A stretch of 64,000 bases of DNA from an uncultured Verrucomicrobiae bacterium (lineage in GTDB: Bacteria > Verrucomicrobiota > Verrucomicrobiia > Chthoniobacterales > Chthoniobacteraceae): the NCBI GenBank assembly GCA_963836755.1, contig CAWIKF010000002.1, positions 1,984,001 to 2,048,000 of the forward strand. Direction: 5' to 3'. Positions 1 to 10,325 of the stretch are shown one piece after another. The translations under genes and the position numbers were made by a program. The notes under the pieces were generated by a model, which saw only the letters and a program-made list of their open reading frames with translations, ran no database searches and was not told the DNA's origin. How positions within the stretch are numbered: the stretch's first letter is position 1; each line of letters starts with the position of its first letter.

Positions 1-1497
1 CGCATCGGCCGCAAGGTTTTCGAACAAATTTTCGAGCGTCGCGCGCTGCGGCGCGGCGAGTTTGTCCTGACGCAAATCCTCGAGCCGTTCCTCGCTTAAA
101 ATTTTCGCGGAGCGTTCGTTGTCCATGACGAGGAATTCGTCGCCCGCATTTGGCAATCCGGCGAAGCCAAGAATTTTCGCCGGCGTGGATGGCGGCGCTT
201 CTTTGACGACTTTGCCTTTGTCGTCGACCAGTGATTTTACTTTGCCGGAATAATTACCGCAGATGAACGGCTGCCCGACTTTCAACGTGCCCATTCGCAC
301 GATGACCGTGGCGGTTGGTCCGCGACCCGGCTCGATTTGCGCTTCGATGACGGTGCCGCGCGGCAGTGCGCTTGGGCTCGCTTTGAGCTCGAGCACTTCG
401 GCTTGCAGCAAAATCATCTCGAGCAGCTTGTCGATGCCGGTGCCTTTGATTGCCGAAACCGGACAACAAATCGTCTCGCCGCCCCAATCTTCGGGCGTGA
501 GGCCTTTTTCCTGAAGCTGGCCCTTAACTTTGTCCACATTCGCACTGACGAGATCGATTTTGTTGATCGCGACAACGATCGGCACTTTCGCGGCTTTCGC
601 GTGGCTGATCGCTTCAAGCGTCTGCGGCATCAAACCGTCATCGGCGGCGACGACGAGCACGACAATGTCAGTGACGTTCGCGCCCCGCGCGCGCATCGCC
701 GTGAAAGCCTCGTGCCCCGGCGTGTCGAGGAAAGTGATCGGGCTGCCGTTGTGCTCCACCGAGTAGGCGCCGATATGCTGCGTGATTCCGCCCGCTTCGC
801 CCGCGGCGACGCTCGCCTTGCGGATGAAATCCATCAGCGAAGTTTTGCCGTGATCGACGTGGCCCATGAAAGTGACGATTGGCGCGCGCAACGCGAGCTC
901 TTCCTTCTTCGGCGCGGGCGGCAATTTCGGCGCCTCGACAACCGCTTCGATTTTGTGAACGCCACCGCCGCGCTCGCGTTTTTCACGCTCAAAAATGAAG
1001 CCGTGTTTCTTGCAAACCGCAGTCGCGATGTCCGGCTCGATCGTCTGGTTCGGATTGGCGAAAATTCCGAGCTCCATCAAATCTTTCGTGATCTGAAAAG
1101 ACTTCAGCCCGAGCTGCGTCGCCAGATCTTTCACGATGATCGGAGGCTTGATGTGAATGATTTTTTCCTCGCCCTTTTCCGCGCCTTCATGCGTCGCAAC
1201 TTCCGCCACGGCAGGCGCAGCCGGCGTTGGCTCAGCCGCCGGCGGAGGCGTCTCCGCTGGCTTTAAGAGCGATATCGGCGGGAGAGAACTGGATTTTTTT
1301 TCGCCGTCGGCCGTGACCGGTTTGCGGACCCGTTTTTCTTTCGGCTCGATGAGGGAAACGGTTTCCTTCGGCGCTTTCGGCTCGGGTGGAGGAGTCGCTT
1401 TTTCCTTCGCGGCAGGCGCGGCTTTGTGCCCTGTTATCTTTGCAGGTGCCGTGAACTTTTTCGCAGTCGGTTTGGAAGGTGTCGCTCTCGTGGCCAT
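1..1497 (-). CDS. infB: Translation initiation factor IF-2 (runs off the left edge, 3' end missing)
   Basis: Manual translation of the minus strand from ATG 1497 gives a Pro/Lys-rich N-terminus, then [28 protein letters not shown] and NKID G-domain motifs; lies directly downstream of nusA. Not in the ORF track because it has no stop in the window. Confidence 0.97.
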   Translation of the reverse strand, partial: MATRATPSKPTAKKFTAPAKITGHKAAPAAKEKATPPPEPKAPKETVSLIEPKEKRVRKPVTADGEKKSSSLPPISLLKPAETPPPAAEPTPAAPAVAEVATHEGAEKGEEKIIHIKPPIIVKDLATQLGLKSFQITKDLMELGIFANPNQTIEPDIATAVCKKHGFIFEREKRERGGGVHKIEAVVEAPKLPPAPKKEELALRAPIVTFMGHVDHGKTSLMDFIRKASVAAGEAGGITQHIGAYSVEHNGSPITFLDTPGHEAFTAMRARGANVTDIVVLVVAADDGLMPQTLEAISHAKAAKVPIVVAINKIDLVSANVDKVKGQLQEKGLTPEDWGGETICCPVSAIKGTGIDKLLEMILLQAEVLELKASPSALPRGTVIEAQIEPGRGPTATVIVRMGTLKVGQPFICGNYSGKVKSLVDDKGKVVKEAPPSTPAKILGFAGLPNAGDEFLVMDNERSAKILSEERLEDLRQDKLAAPQRATLENLFENLAADA

Positions 1498-1523
1498 GGG
1501 AAAATTTTTACCGGATTCATCGG

Positions 1524-2792
1524 TCAACCCTGGTGGATTGATGCCGCTTTTTCGTTCTCTCGCTGCGCCGCTTCGTGAATGGCGGTCGCTTTTTCCAGAT
1601 CGATGCTGAGGATGTCAGCGATGTCCTGCGGCTCCGCGCCGACGATGACTTCGATGCTGTTCATACCGGCGCTAATGAGTTCGCGAGTGCTTGCGTCCTC
1701 GAGGCCGAGCACTGAGGAAAGCGCCTGCGCAGCTTTGTTGATATTTTGCTCGAAAATTTCCTTAGCGCTTTCGTCTTTCTCGATGTTGATGTCCCAGCCG
1801 AGTAAACGCGATGTTAAACGCGCGTTTTGACCGCGTTTCCCGATCGCGAGCGAAAGCTGATCCTCGTCAACCTTGATTTGAATTGCCTTTTTTTCCGGGC
1901 TGAGCGTGACGCTTTTGATTTTGGCGGGCTTGAGCGCCTCGAGCACAAATTCCTTCGGGTCTGCACTCCATCGGATGATGTCGACTTTTTCGTTGTTCAA
2001 CTCGCGCACGATATTTTTGACGCGCGAGCCGCGCATGCCGACGCACGCGCCGACCGGATCGACTTTTTCGTTGCTGCTGTGCACCGCGATCTTCGTGCGG
2101 AATCCCGCTTCGCGCGCGATGCCGCGGATCTCGACCGTGCGGTCATTGATCTCGCTGACCTCGACTTCGAAAAGACGCCGGACGAAATTCGGATGGCTCC
2201 GCGAAAGGATGATCTCCGGGCCGCGCGGGCCGTTTTGCACTTCCAACACATAGGCGCGCAGTCGGTCGCCGATGTTGTAATCCTCCGTTTGCACGCGCTC
2301 GCGCGATGGCATGGTTGCCTCGAATTTTCCAAGGTCGATGATGACGTCCGAGCGCTCGAAACGCCGCACCGTTCCGCTGACAATCTCGCCGGCGCGGTCC
2401 TTGAACTCGTCGTAAATCATCTCCTTTTCCGCCTGCCGGATCCGCTGCATCATCGCCTGCTTTGCGGTCTGCGCAGCGATGCGGCCAAAGTTCCGCGGCG
2501 TCACCTCCACCTCGATCACTTCGCCCGGCTGCACGTCGGGCTTGATCTTTTGCGCCTTTGGCATCGCGATCTCGTCGTATTCATTTTTCACCCACTCCAC
2601 AGCCGTCAGCTTCGCAATCGCCTTGATCTCGCCGCTTTTCGGATTGATCTCGATGCGCAAATCATTCGCGGCACCGACCGATTTCTTGGACGCCGACAAC
2701 AGCGCTGTCTGCACGGCCTCTATCAGGATCTCGCGCTTGATGCCTTTCTCGCGCTCCAGATAATCCAACATTGCAATAAATTCGCTGTTCAT
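1524..2792 (-). CDS. nusA: Transcription termination/antitermination factor NusA
   Basis: FGRIAAQTAKQ, S1 domain, AREAGFRTKIAV, DPVGACVGMRGSRV and LSLAIGKRGQNARL motifs. Confidence 0.98.
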   Translation of the reverse strand: MNSEFIAMLDYLEREKGIKREILIEAVQTALLSASKKSVGAANDLRIEINPKSGEIKAIAKLTAVEWVKNEYDEIAMPKAQKIKPDVQPGEVIEVEVTPRNFGRIAAQTAKQAMMQRIRQAEKEMIYDEFKDRAGEIVSGTVRRFERSDVIIDLGKFEATMPSRERVQTEDYNIGDRLRAYVLEVQNGPRGPEIILSRSHPNFVRRLFEVEVSEINDRTVEIRGIAREAGFRTKIAVHSSNEKVDPVGACVGMRGSRVKNIVRELNNEKVDIIRWSADPKEFVLEALKPAKIKSVTLSPEKKAIQIKVDEDQLSLAIGKRGQNARLTSRLLGWDINIEKDESAKEIFEQNINKAAQALSSVLGLEDASTRELISAGMNSIEVIVGAEPQDIADILSIDLEKATAIHEAAQRENEKAASIHQG

Positions 2793-2812
2793 AAATTCGT
2801 AGGGCCGGGGAC

Positions 2813-2840
2813 AAAAAAAAGTGGGGGATTAAGCCCACTC
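2813..2840 (-). promoter_or_regulatory. Leader terminator/attenuator hairpin of the nusA-infB operon
   Basis: Minus strand GAGTGGGCTTAATCCCCCACTTTTTTTT: AGTGGG/CCCACT stem plus U-tract about 20 nt upstream of nusA; resembles the widespread rimP-nusA leader. Confidence 0.7.
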
Positions 2841-2922
2841 ACATTGGCACCGGCAGAAAGGGGAATATAGAAGCAACCGCCGATGCGTCAAGAATTCCTC
2901 CGCATCCGTCTCGAATGCGAGG

Positions 2923-4005
2923 CTACGAGCCGGTGCGGCTCTTGATCCTCGCTATCGCTTCCTCCACAAACTTTCGCTGCTCGGTCGATAGGTCGTTCGC
3001 TGCGGCAGCCTTCTGGAATTCATCCAGCGACGGCTGCGCCTGGCCGTCCGTCGCGTAAGCTTGCCCGAGGTAAATGCGATAGCCCGAAGTGGGCGCGCCG
3101 CACTTTTCCGCGAGCTCCAGCAGCGCGCGCATCGTCTTGATCTCGCTTTGAAACGCGTGCGCGGCGTGCGCGATTTTCGCGTTCAGGAAAAGTGCAGCCG
3201 GGTCCTGGGGATCTGCGTCGGCGATGCGCTGGGAAATCTCCAGCGCTTCGTCGAAACGCCCTTGGCCTAAAAGAATTTGCGCCTTCGCATTCAGCGCAGG
3301 GCTGAAGTTCGGATCAATCGCGAGCGCTCGGTTGCAACCGTCCAGCGCCCCTTGCCATTGGCCGATCTGCGCGTGATACAACGCGAGCTGAGTGCGCGCA
3401 TCCGCCGATTTTCCATCCAGCGCGATCGCCTGATCGAGCAAACTTTTCGCGAGCTGCGTTTGCCCCAGCGCGAGAACTTTGTTCGCAACTCCCACCAGAA
3501 ACAGCGCGCGATCCGCGCCAGCGAACTTTTTTTCCAACGCCGACAAATCATCCGGCGTCCAAGCCGTCGCGGGCCGGCGTTTCCAGATCATGCTCGTCTG
3601 GTCGAGGTAAGTGAGCACCCAATCATGCGTTTCGAGCAAATGCTGCAACAGCGGCCGATACACATTCGCGTCGCCGCTCAGCAGCAGCGCATCGAAATGC
3701 AGCCGATGATCGAGCTGCCGCCACAAAACCGGATTCTGCGCCGCGAGGCCGAACGCTTTTTCCTCCGCCGGATTGAGCAGTCCCGGCCGCTTCGTGCTCA
3801 AAGTTTCGCGAGCCAGAGGCGTGTAAAAAAGCGTGCGCGCATTCAACGCATCCACGGCGAACGCTGGAGTGGTCAGGTTGGCAGAAGGCGGATGCGCCGC
3901 CCGGCGTGTCATGAAATAGGCGCCGACGATCAGGTTGATCGCCACGAGCATGAACGTGGCGGTGATGAAATTCTGCTTCCTCAAAGTAAACCGAAAGTAG
4001 CGCAA
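2923..4005 (-). CDS. Membrane-anchored tetratricopeptide repeat protein
   Basis: N-terminal hydrophobic segment and several TPR-like repeats (ALAIDPNFSPALNAKAQILL, YLGQAYA); start codon uncertain. Confidence 0.8.
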   Translation of the reverse strand: MRYFRFTLRKQNFITATFMLVAINLIVGAYFMTRRAAHPPSANLTTPAFAVDALNARTLFYTPLARETLSTKRPGLLNPAEEKAFGLAAQNPVLWRQLDHRLHFDALLLSGDANVYRPLLQHLLETHDWVLTYLDQTSMIWKRRPATAWTPDDLSALEKKFAGADRALFLVGVANKVLALGQTQLAKSLLDQAIALDGKSADARTQLALYHAQIGQWQGALDGCNRALAIDPNFSPALNAKAQILLGQGRFDEALEISQRIADADPQDPAALFLNAKIAHAAHAFQSEIKTMRALLELAEKCGAPTSGYRIYLGQAYATDGQAQPSLDEFQKAAAANDLSTEQRKFVEEAIARIKSRTGS

Positions 4006-4108
4006 AAGTTCGCGCGTTCCAAAACCTCAAATATTTTTGGCGAACCCGGACAATCATCCTTGCGTCCTGCAAACGCCCGCAGTAAATAGAGCACCCGTTT
4101 TCGCATTC

Positions 4109-4180
4109 GGGTTGGTAGCTCAATGGTAGAGCAGCGCCCTTTTAAGGCGTTGGTTGAGGGTTCGAGTCCCTCCCAACCCA
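4109..4180 (+). tRNA. tRNA-Lys(UUU), CCA not encoded
   Basis: Acceptor stem GGGTTGG/CCAACCC, D-arm AGCTCAATGGTAGAGC, anticodon loop CTTTTAA, T-loop GGTTCGAGTCC. Confidence 0.95.
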
Positions 4181-4193
4181 CACCAGCGCTCGC

Positions 4194-4384
4194 GGCGGAG
4201 CCTGTCTGGAGCTAATCAGAGCCGAATCCGCCGGCGGCAACGACGAGTAGCTCACACTACAGCGCAAAACGCGGCCGGGAGACCGACTCAAAGCCAATCA
4301 CACCCGCATCCTCCGGTGCCGACCCTGATTAGCTCGGGATCGCGCCTCCGCCGACAGCGCGCGCCTTGATTAGCTCCGACCAGG
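4194..4384. repeat. Inverted-repeat (REP/MITE-like) element just downstream of tRNA-Lys
   Basis: GAGCTAATCA in CCTGTCTGGAGCTAATCA (4201-4218) with inverted copies CTGATTAGCTC (4325-4335) and TGATTAGCTCCGACCAGG (4367-4384); GGCGGAG/CTCCGCC flanks also pair. Confidence 0.55.
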
Positions 4385-4657
4385 TCGTCCGGAGATACTT
4401 TTTCCCATAGCGCAGCCCACGCAGCGCGGCCCGCACCGCCGCGCCTGATTTCCTGTCTCACCACCTCGCAAGCTTCTTCAGCTTGCTGTATGTCTTGCCA
4501 GAAGTTCGATTGGAATGCGAACAATGTAGTTCCTAGCTGGGGAGACATTCAAATAGCGAGAGCTGGTTCTGAGCGCCGGAAATAGATTGGCGGAGATCGA
4601 ATCGCTTGCGAATTTTCCACGCTGGACAAGCAGGCCGATTTCTCCAAGAACCACGGG

Positions 4658-6259
4658 ATGAAATGCAAAACCCCGCTGACTATCATTGTCCTGTTCTCGT
4701 TTCTGCTGAGCCCGCCTGTCGCTTACACGCATACGATTTCATGGGGCTTTGAAAATGCGGGGCCGGGCGCGATTACCGTTTGGGCCGGCTCATATCACGA
4801 CCCCTCGGAGTTGCCCACCAATCAAGGAAACGTCTTGCTCACGCCGCAAGGGGGCGGCGCGGGAATCAGCGCGCCTTTTAACATTGCGACCGGCGTGAAG
4901 CCGGCGGGACTGATCGATGGGGTGACGAACTTTTACGCCGGCGGCTTGACCTTAATCAGTGTCGACCAGGTCGCCACGGTGAATAGCTGGCAAGGCGCGC
5001 ACGTCGTCGGCCTCGCTCCCGGCTATTACACGATTCAATACGATCCCGCCTTTACCATTCCATCGACCAAATGGAGGCCGTGGGATCGATCGATACAAGG
5101 CGGCAACGTTGTCTTCATTTCCGCCGCAGTGGTTGGCGTGGTAGTGGTCGAGCACGTTGACGGCGAGGTGATTTTCTCCACCGTCAATTCCTCGCTGCCA
5201 ATGGCGGTGGCGCAGCGGGAAGTGGTGCTCTCGGGAATCGAAACCTCTCTGCGCGACGTGGACGGCCGGCTCTTTCGTCTGCGCTCCCGGACCGACGATG
5301 AAGACCCGGCGATGCCTGCCGTGGGTGAGCGCCTCGTCTCCTACGATGACAAAGGCAAGACGCAGGTGAACCAGGAACTCGCGCCGCAGCCCCGGCGTTT
5401 CGAAGTTTTCGCCTCCGGCGATTACGGCAATACCGACCGCGAAAATATCGCGGAGACTCCCGGCTTCACCGAGGATGTCTACGCGGGCACGGTCGGCATC
5501 GAGTTACGGCTCACGAAGCTCTTCACTGCCGGTTTTGCCGCGACGATCCTCGATAGCCAGAGCCACCTCGGTCGCGGCCTCGGCGATGTCGATCTCTCCG
5601 GCTTCTCACTTTCACCCTATCTTTCCTTCTTTTGGAAAAACTTTTACGCCGATGCGCTTTACAGCTTTGGCCGGTTCGAGCACGACATCCATCGCGACAC
5701 GATCTTCGGCGCCACCGCCAAGGCCGACCCCGATAGCAACAACCACGTTCTGCAATTCAACATCGGTTATAACTTCCGCCTCTCCGGCTTCGTCACCGGA
5801 CCGTTTGCCGGAGTCAACTACACCACAGGCGAAGTGAGCGGTTACACCGAGAACAACGCCGGCCGCTTCAACACCCACGTCGATGGACAAAACTATAACT
5901 CCATCCGCACCGAAATCGGCTGGCAGGTTTCGTATCCGATTCACACCAGCTTTGGCGGCATCACGCCGCAGCTCCGCGCGAGTTGGTGGCACGAGGAAAG
6001 CAACGGCGATGAAAGCGTCAGCGCCAGTCTAGTTCAGTCGCCCTTTGTCCTGACCGACGCCACGGGCTCCCATCGCATCGGCAGCTTCAGCACCAGCGGC
6101 GACACCCACGCACCGGGACGCGACGCGCTTACCGTCGGTGGAGGGATCTCCGCTGATTTCGGCAGCCGCTTCACGCTCCTCGCCGACTACCAAATCGACC
6201 TCCTGCAAAGCAACAACCTGCAGCAGTTCGTGAGCATCCGAGCCTCGCTCGGCCTTTAA
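4658..6259 (+). CDS. Autotransporter beta-barrel domain protein with a short passenger
   Basis: Signal peptide, ~140 aa beta-rich passenger, helical linker (VDGRLFRLRS), alternating amphipathic beta strands (YADALYSFG, ITPQLRASWWHE). Confidence 0.85.
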   Translation: MKCKTPLTIIVLFSFLLSPPVAYTHTISWGFENAGPGAITVWAGSYHDPSELPTNQGNVLLTPQGGGAGISAPFNIATGVKPAGLIDGVTNFYAGGLTLISVDQVATVNSWQGAHVVGLAPGYYTIQYDPAFTIPSTKWRPWDRSIQGGNVVFISAAVVGVVVVEHVDGEVIFSTVNSSLPMAVAQREVVLSGIETSLRDVDGRLFRLRSRTDDEDPAMPAVGERLVSYDDKGKTQVNQELAPQPRRFEVFASGDYGNTDRENIAETPGFTEDVYAGTVGIELRLTKLFTAGFAATILDSQSHLGRGLGDVDLSGFSLSPYLSFFWKNFYADALYSFGRFEHDIHRDTIFGATAKADPDSNNHVLQFNIGYNFRLSGFVTGPFAGVNYTTGEVSGYTENNAGRFNTHVDGQNYNSIRTEIGWQVSYPIHTSFGGITPQLRASWWHEESNGDESVSASLVQSPFVLTDATGSHRIGSFSTSGDTHAPGRDALTVGGGISADFGSRFTLLADYQIDLLQSNNLQQFVSIRASLGL

Positions 6260-6261
6260 AA

Positions 6262-7314
6262 GTGGAGCTATCCGCCCGTAAATATCAGAGCGTCGTGCGC
6301 GAGGAGTTTCCTTTCGCCGCGGCGTATCTGGAGCATGGCCACATCTATCATCAGACGGATGCGTTGATCGAGGCGGGTGCGCGGCTCGAGTGGGTCTACG
6401 ATCCCGATTCGGCGAAGGTCGATGCGTTTCGAAAAAAGTATCCGCAGGCAAAGGCGGCAAGAAGCTTTGACGAGATCCTCGACGACCCGCAGATCCGTCT
6501 CGTGGCAGCGGCGGCGGTGCCTTGTGAGCGTGGCGCGATTGGTTGCCGCACGATGGAAGCTGGCAAGGATTACTTTACCGACAAAGCTCCATTTACCGCG
6601 CTCGAACAACTGGAGCAAGCGCGCAAAACGGCCGCGCGCACTGGCCGCAAATACATGGTCTACTACGGCGAGCGTTTGCACGTGGAATGCGCGGTCTTTG
6701 CAGGCGAGTTGATTGCTCGGGGAGCGATCGGCCGCGTCGTGCAAGTGCTCGGCCTCGGACCTCATCGTCTCAATGCTCCGAGCAGGCCAGGTTGGTTTTT
6801 TGAAAAACAAAAATACGGCGGCATCGTTTGCGACATCGGGAGCCATCAAGTCGAGCAATTCCTTTCGTTCGCATCAGCAAAGGACGCGAAGGTTTTGCAT
6901 TCGGCGGTGGCAAACTATGACAACCCATCGCATCCGGAACTGGAAGACTTTGGCGAAGTTTCCATGGTCAGCGACAATGGAACTTCAGGCTATTTCCGCG
7001 TCGACTGGCTTACTCCGGATGGCCTGCGCACATGGGGCGACGGGCGCACTTTCATTCTTGGGACGAACGGCTACATCGAAATGCGGAAGTGCATTGAAAT
7101 CGCGGCGGATGATCCCGCAGGCGAACAACTGCTGCTGGTGAATGATGAAGGCGAGAAACGCTTCAGCGTCGCGGGAAAGATCGGTTTCCCATTTTTCGGG
7201 CAGCTCATACAGGACTGTCTGGATAGGACAGAAACGGCGATGACGCAGGAGCATGCTTTCAAAGCCGCAGAGCTCAGCCTGGTCGCCCAAGCGCAGGCAG
7301 TGCGGTTGGCTTGA
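6262..7314 (+). CDS. Gfo/Idh/MocA family oxidoreductase
   Basis: HGHIY N-terminus, GKDYFTDKAP, GGIVCDIGSHQ and RVDWLTPDGLRTWGDGR motifs. Confidence 0.9.
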   Translation: MELSARKYQSVVREEFPFAAAYLEHGHIYHQTDALIEAGARLEWVYDPDSAKVDAFRKKYPQAKAARSFDEILDDPQIRLVAAAAVPCERGAIGCRTMEAGKDYFTDKAPFTALEQLEQARKTAARTGRKYMVYYGERLHVECAVFAGELIARGAIGRVVQVLGLGPHRLNAPSRPGWFFEKQKYGGIVCDIGSHQVEQFLSFASAKDAKVLHSAVANYDNPSHPELEDFGEVSMVSDNGTSGYFRVDWLTPDGLRTWGDGRTFILGTNGYIEMRKCIEIAADDPAGEQLLLVNDEGEKRFSVAGKIGFPFFGQLIQDCLDRTETAMTQEHAFKAAELSLVAQAQAVRLA

Positions 7315-7448
7315 ATCTGGCGGATATGCGCACGATTCCGGCGCGTTATTTCCCAGTTGCCTTTTGTGCGGGAAAATGAGAATCCTCGGATGAACTTCAG
7401 GGGTTTCTTCTCAACCTGCGGTAACTCCCCAAATCGAAATCCTGCTCA

Positions 7449-9569
7449 ATGTTCGGACTCCATCCTGCTGACCTCTTCGTAGTTCTCTGCTGTCTCGCAG
7501 GAGTCATAGGTCTTGGCTGGTGGGCTTCGCGAGGCGTCAAAGAAGAAAAGGACTTTTACCTCGGCGGACGCAAGCTCGGCCGCACTCTCCAGTTTTTTCT
7601 GAGCTTTGGAAACATGACCGATTCTTCCGGCGCACCGACGACCGCCGGGGAGGTGTTCCGGCAAGGCGCCGGAGGTGCATGGATCAGCATGCAGACTTTA
7701 TTCATCACGCCATTCTATTGGTTTTCTACGACGTGGTTCCGCCGGGTCCGGCTAGTCACGATGGCAGACCTTTTTACCGAGCGGCTGAATAGCAAGTCCC
7801 TCGCTACAGCTTATGTCACTTTTAATATCTACATCAGCCTGCTGTTGCTCGGGTTTGGCAATGTCGCTTCTTACAAAGTAGCAGCCGCGATGATGGTGAA
7901 GTCAGCGCATGACTACACTCCAAAGGAGCGCGTCATGGTGCAGAACTACAATGAATACTCCGCGCTAAAGACTGCCTACTCGGCAAACAACCTTCGCCCT
8001 GAACAGAAGGAACGCTACGAGGAACTTGATAGCATGGCGAAGCACGGTGAGTTGAACTCCTTTGTCTCCTATGTGAAACCTTCCGCATTCTACATTAGCT
8101 ATTCCATCGTAGTTGCCATCTACATCACTCTTGGCGGATTGAAGGCGGCGGCGGTTACGGACGCATTGCAAGGCTTGTTGATCCTTGCCTTCACGGTTCT
8201 CACGATACCTTTGGGACTCATGAAGATCGGCGGCTTCCATGGTCTGCACCAGGCAGTGCCGGCCTTTATGTTCAGACTTTTCGGGACGGTCGCCGCGAGC
8301 GATTACGCATGGTATTCAATCATGGCTATCACCTTTACCAGCATGATCCAAATCTTCGGCCTGATGCAAAACATGGCATTGGCTGGTTCTGCGACTAACG
8401 AAAACGCCGCGCGCTTCGGACAGATCACTGGCGCGTTCACCAAGCGCATAGTGATCATCGCGTGGATGCTCTGCGGCCTCATCGCGGTGGCGATGTTCTC
8501 GGGTGGCCTGGCTGATCCAGAGAATGCGTGGGGAGTGATGGCCAGGTCTCTGCTCGGGCCAGGTCTCATGGGCCTGATGCTATCCGGAATGCTGCTAGGA
8601 CACATGCCAGCGGTGGGCAACACTGCCATCGCGGTTGCGGCATTGATCGCGCGCAATATCTATGAGCCGCTCGTCCAGGGGCGATCCGAAAAGCACTACC
8701 TCAAGGTCGGCCAGGCGCTCGTCATTCTAACACTTGCAGCCAGCGTCATATCCTCACTCCTATTTTCCGGGGCGGTCAAGCTCATCACTACAATCATTAC
8801 CTTTAATGTCTTCTTTGGCGCAGTGGTGCTTCTCATCTTTTTTTGGCGAAAACTCAGCGCTGCGGCAGTCTGGATTTCGCTGCTCATCTGGATCATCGTT
8901 ATAGGTATCCTCCCAGCCGTGGTTCCTCGGATGGAAGCGGCGCGACGCGACCCGGCGATGTTGCAAAAGACTTATCCTAGAACTGTAAGCGCACTAGTAG
9001 GTGCCACGAGCGAGGATGTAGCGAAAGGCCTTGCGCCAAAGGTCGGTGAGGCTGTCAAAAAACCTTTCACCATCCCGCCAGTCGCGCTCTACTTTGAAGC
9101 CGTTGCTCGCGCGAACCCGCAGGATTCGCAATCGCCGCTCGAAGGCGTTGGGCGTTTTCAAGTCGAAGCCTACATCCTTCACCTCATTGGCTTCCCGGTG
9201 CGAGACTTCCCGAAAGCGGGACTGCTGGCCGCACGGTGGCTCGTCGATGGCCTTCTACCTTTCATCATGCTCATTGGATTTAGTTTGCTGTTCCCCAGTC
9301 GGCCGCCTTCGACTGAGGACAAGCTTCGAGTCGATGTTTTCTTTGCAAAGCTTAAGACTCCAGTCGCCGCGACTCCCGAGGACGACGACCGCGAAGTTGC
9401 GGAGAACTACAAGGCCCCGCACCGCTTCGACTCCAAGAAACTTTTTCCCGGTTCCGATTGGGAATTCACCAAATGGACGCGCGCGGACTGGCAGGGTTTT
9501 CTTGGCTGCTGGGGAGTCGTGATCCTGATCCTCGGTTTTCTTTGGGGGATCCTCCATATTGGAGCTTGA
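7449..9569 (+). CDS. Sodium:solute symporter (SSS) family protein
   Basis: DFYLGGRKLG, YITLGGLKAAAVTDALQG, many transmembrane helices; more T/A-ending codons than the core genes. Confidence 0.9.
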   Translation: MFGLHPADLFVVLCCLAGVIGLGWWASRGVKEEKDFYLGGRKLGRTLQFFLSFGNMTDSSGAPTTAGEVFRQGAGGAWISMQTLFITPFYWFSTTWFRRVRLVTMADLFTERLNSKSLATAYVTFNIYISLLLLGFGNVASYKVAAAMMVKSAHDYTPKERVMVQNYNEYSALKTAYSANNLRPEQKERYEELDSMAKHGELNSFVSYVKPSAFYISYSIVVAIYITLGGLKAAAVTDALQGLLILAFTVLTIPLGLMKIGGFHGLHQAVPAFMFRLFGTVAASDYAWYSIMAITFTSMIQIFGLMQNMALAGSATNENAARFGQITGAFTKRIVIIAWMLCGLIAVAMFSGGLADPENAWGVMARSLLGPGLMGLMLSGMLLGHMPAVGNTAIAVAALIARNIYEPLVQGRSEKHYLKVGQALVILTLAASVISSLLFSGAVKLITTIITFNVFFGAVVLLIFFWRKLSAAAVWISLLIWIIVIGILPAVVPRMEAARRDPAMLQKTYPRTVSALVGATSEDVAKGLAPKVGEAVKKPFTIPPVALYFEAVARANPQDSQSPLEGVGRFQVEAYILHLIGFPVRDFPKAGLLAARWLVDGLLPFIMLIGFSLLFPSRPPSTEDKLRVDVFFAKLKTPVAATPEDDDREVAENYKAPHRFDSKKLFPGSDWEFTKWTRADWQGFLGCWGVVILILGFLWGILHIGA

Positions 9570-9678
9570 TCGGATTTACAAAAGGGCGGCTCCCGCAGAC
9601 GCTTGAGAAAGTAGCTGAGGCTTTTTGCAAGCGGGTGGGTCGAATCGGCAGGCGATTGTGCTACGTTGATCTGCTGGT

Positions 9679-10308
9679 TTGAAAAACATTGGCTTATCTC
9701 CGATCCCACTGCCGCAAGAAGCGCCGGTAATGGCGCTGCCGCATGCGGTGCTTTTGCCGAACACGCTTTTACCGCTGCACATCTTCGAGCTGCGCTATCA
9801 GCAGATGCTCGAGCATTGTTTGGAACGCGAGCGGATGTTTTGCCTCGCAATGATGCGGCCGGGCGTGACCGAAGCGTATAGCGTCGACGACCTTTACGCG
9901 ATCGCGGGACTCGGACTGGTGCGAGCGAGTGTGGCAGCGGAGGACGGAACGTCGAACCTTGTTCTGCGCGGATTGGCGCGAGTGGAGTTGCTCGAATTCG
10001 TGCAAGAGGAACCATTCCGCATTGCGCGGCTGCGGGAGGTGAAATCAGAAATGCCGAACGTGGTCGAGGCCGAGGCGCTTGGGACAAAAGTGCTGGAACT
10101 TTGCAGCCAACTCGAGGCGCGCGGCCTGGAGCTGCCGGCGGCGCTGAAAGGTCCGGCCCCGCATCTCTCGCAACCGGATGCGCTCGCGGACATTGTCGCC
10201 GGAGCGTGCTTGCGTGATCCTTATCAGCGCCAGCAGTTGCTGGAATGCGGCGCGGTGAGCGAGCGGCTGCGTTTGCTGATCAAATATCTGCGCGGTGTGA
10301 TGGAGTAA
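9679..10308 (+). CDS. Stand-alone Lon peptidase substrate-binding (LON-N) domain protein
   Basis: PVMALPHAVLLPNTLLPLHIFELRYQQM and QRQQLLE...RLRLL motifs. Confidence 0.88.
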   Translation: MKNIGLSPIPLPQEAPVMALPHAVLLPNTLLPLHIFELRYQQMLEHCLERERMFCLAMMRPGVTEAYSVDDLYAIAGLGLVRASVAAEDGTSNLVLRGLARVELLEFVQEEPFRIARLREVKSEMPNVVEAEALGTKVLELCSQLEARGLELPAALKGPAPHLSQPDALADIVAGACLRDPYQRQQLLECGAVSERLRLLIKYLRGVME

Positions 10309-10325
10309 AACCGCGGGAGGCCGCA

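Noticed and set aside
337..1266. Long plus-strand ORFs opposite infB (likewise those opposite nusA, pnp, argH, degP)
   Set aside because: Antisense shadows of well-recognised GC-rich genes; no motifs of their own.
9570..9680. Second att copy of tRNA-Lys closing an island
   Set aside because: No direct repeat of the tRNA 3' end found by eye, so island boundaries are unsupported.
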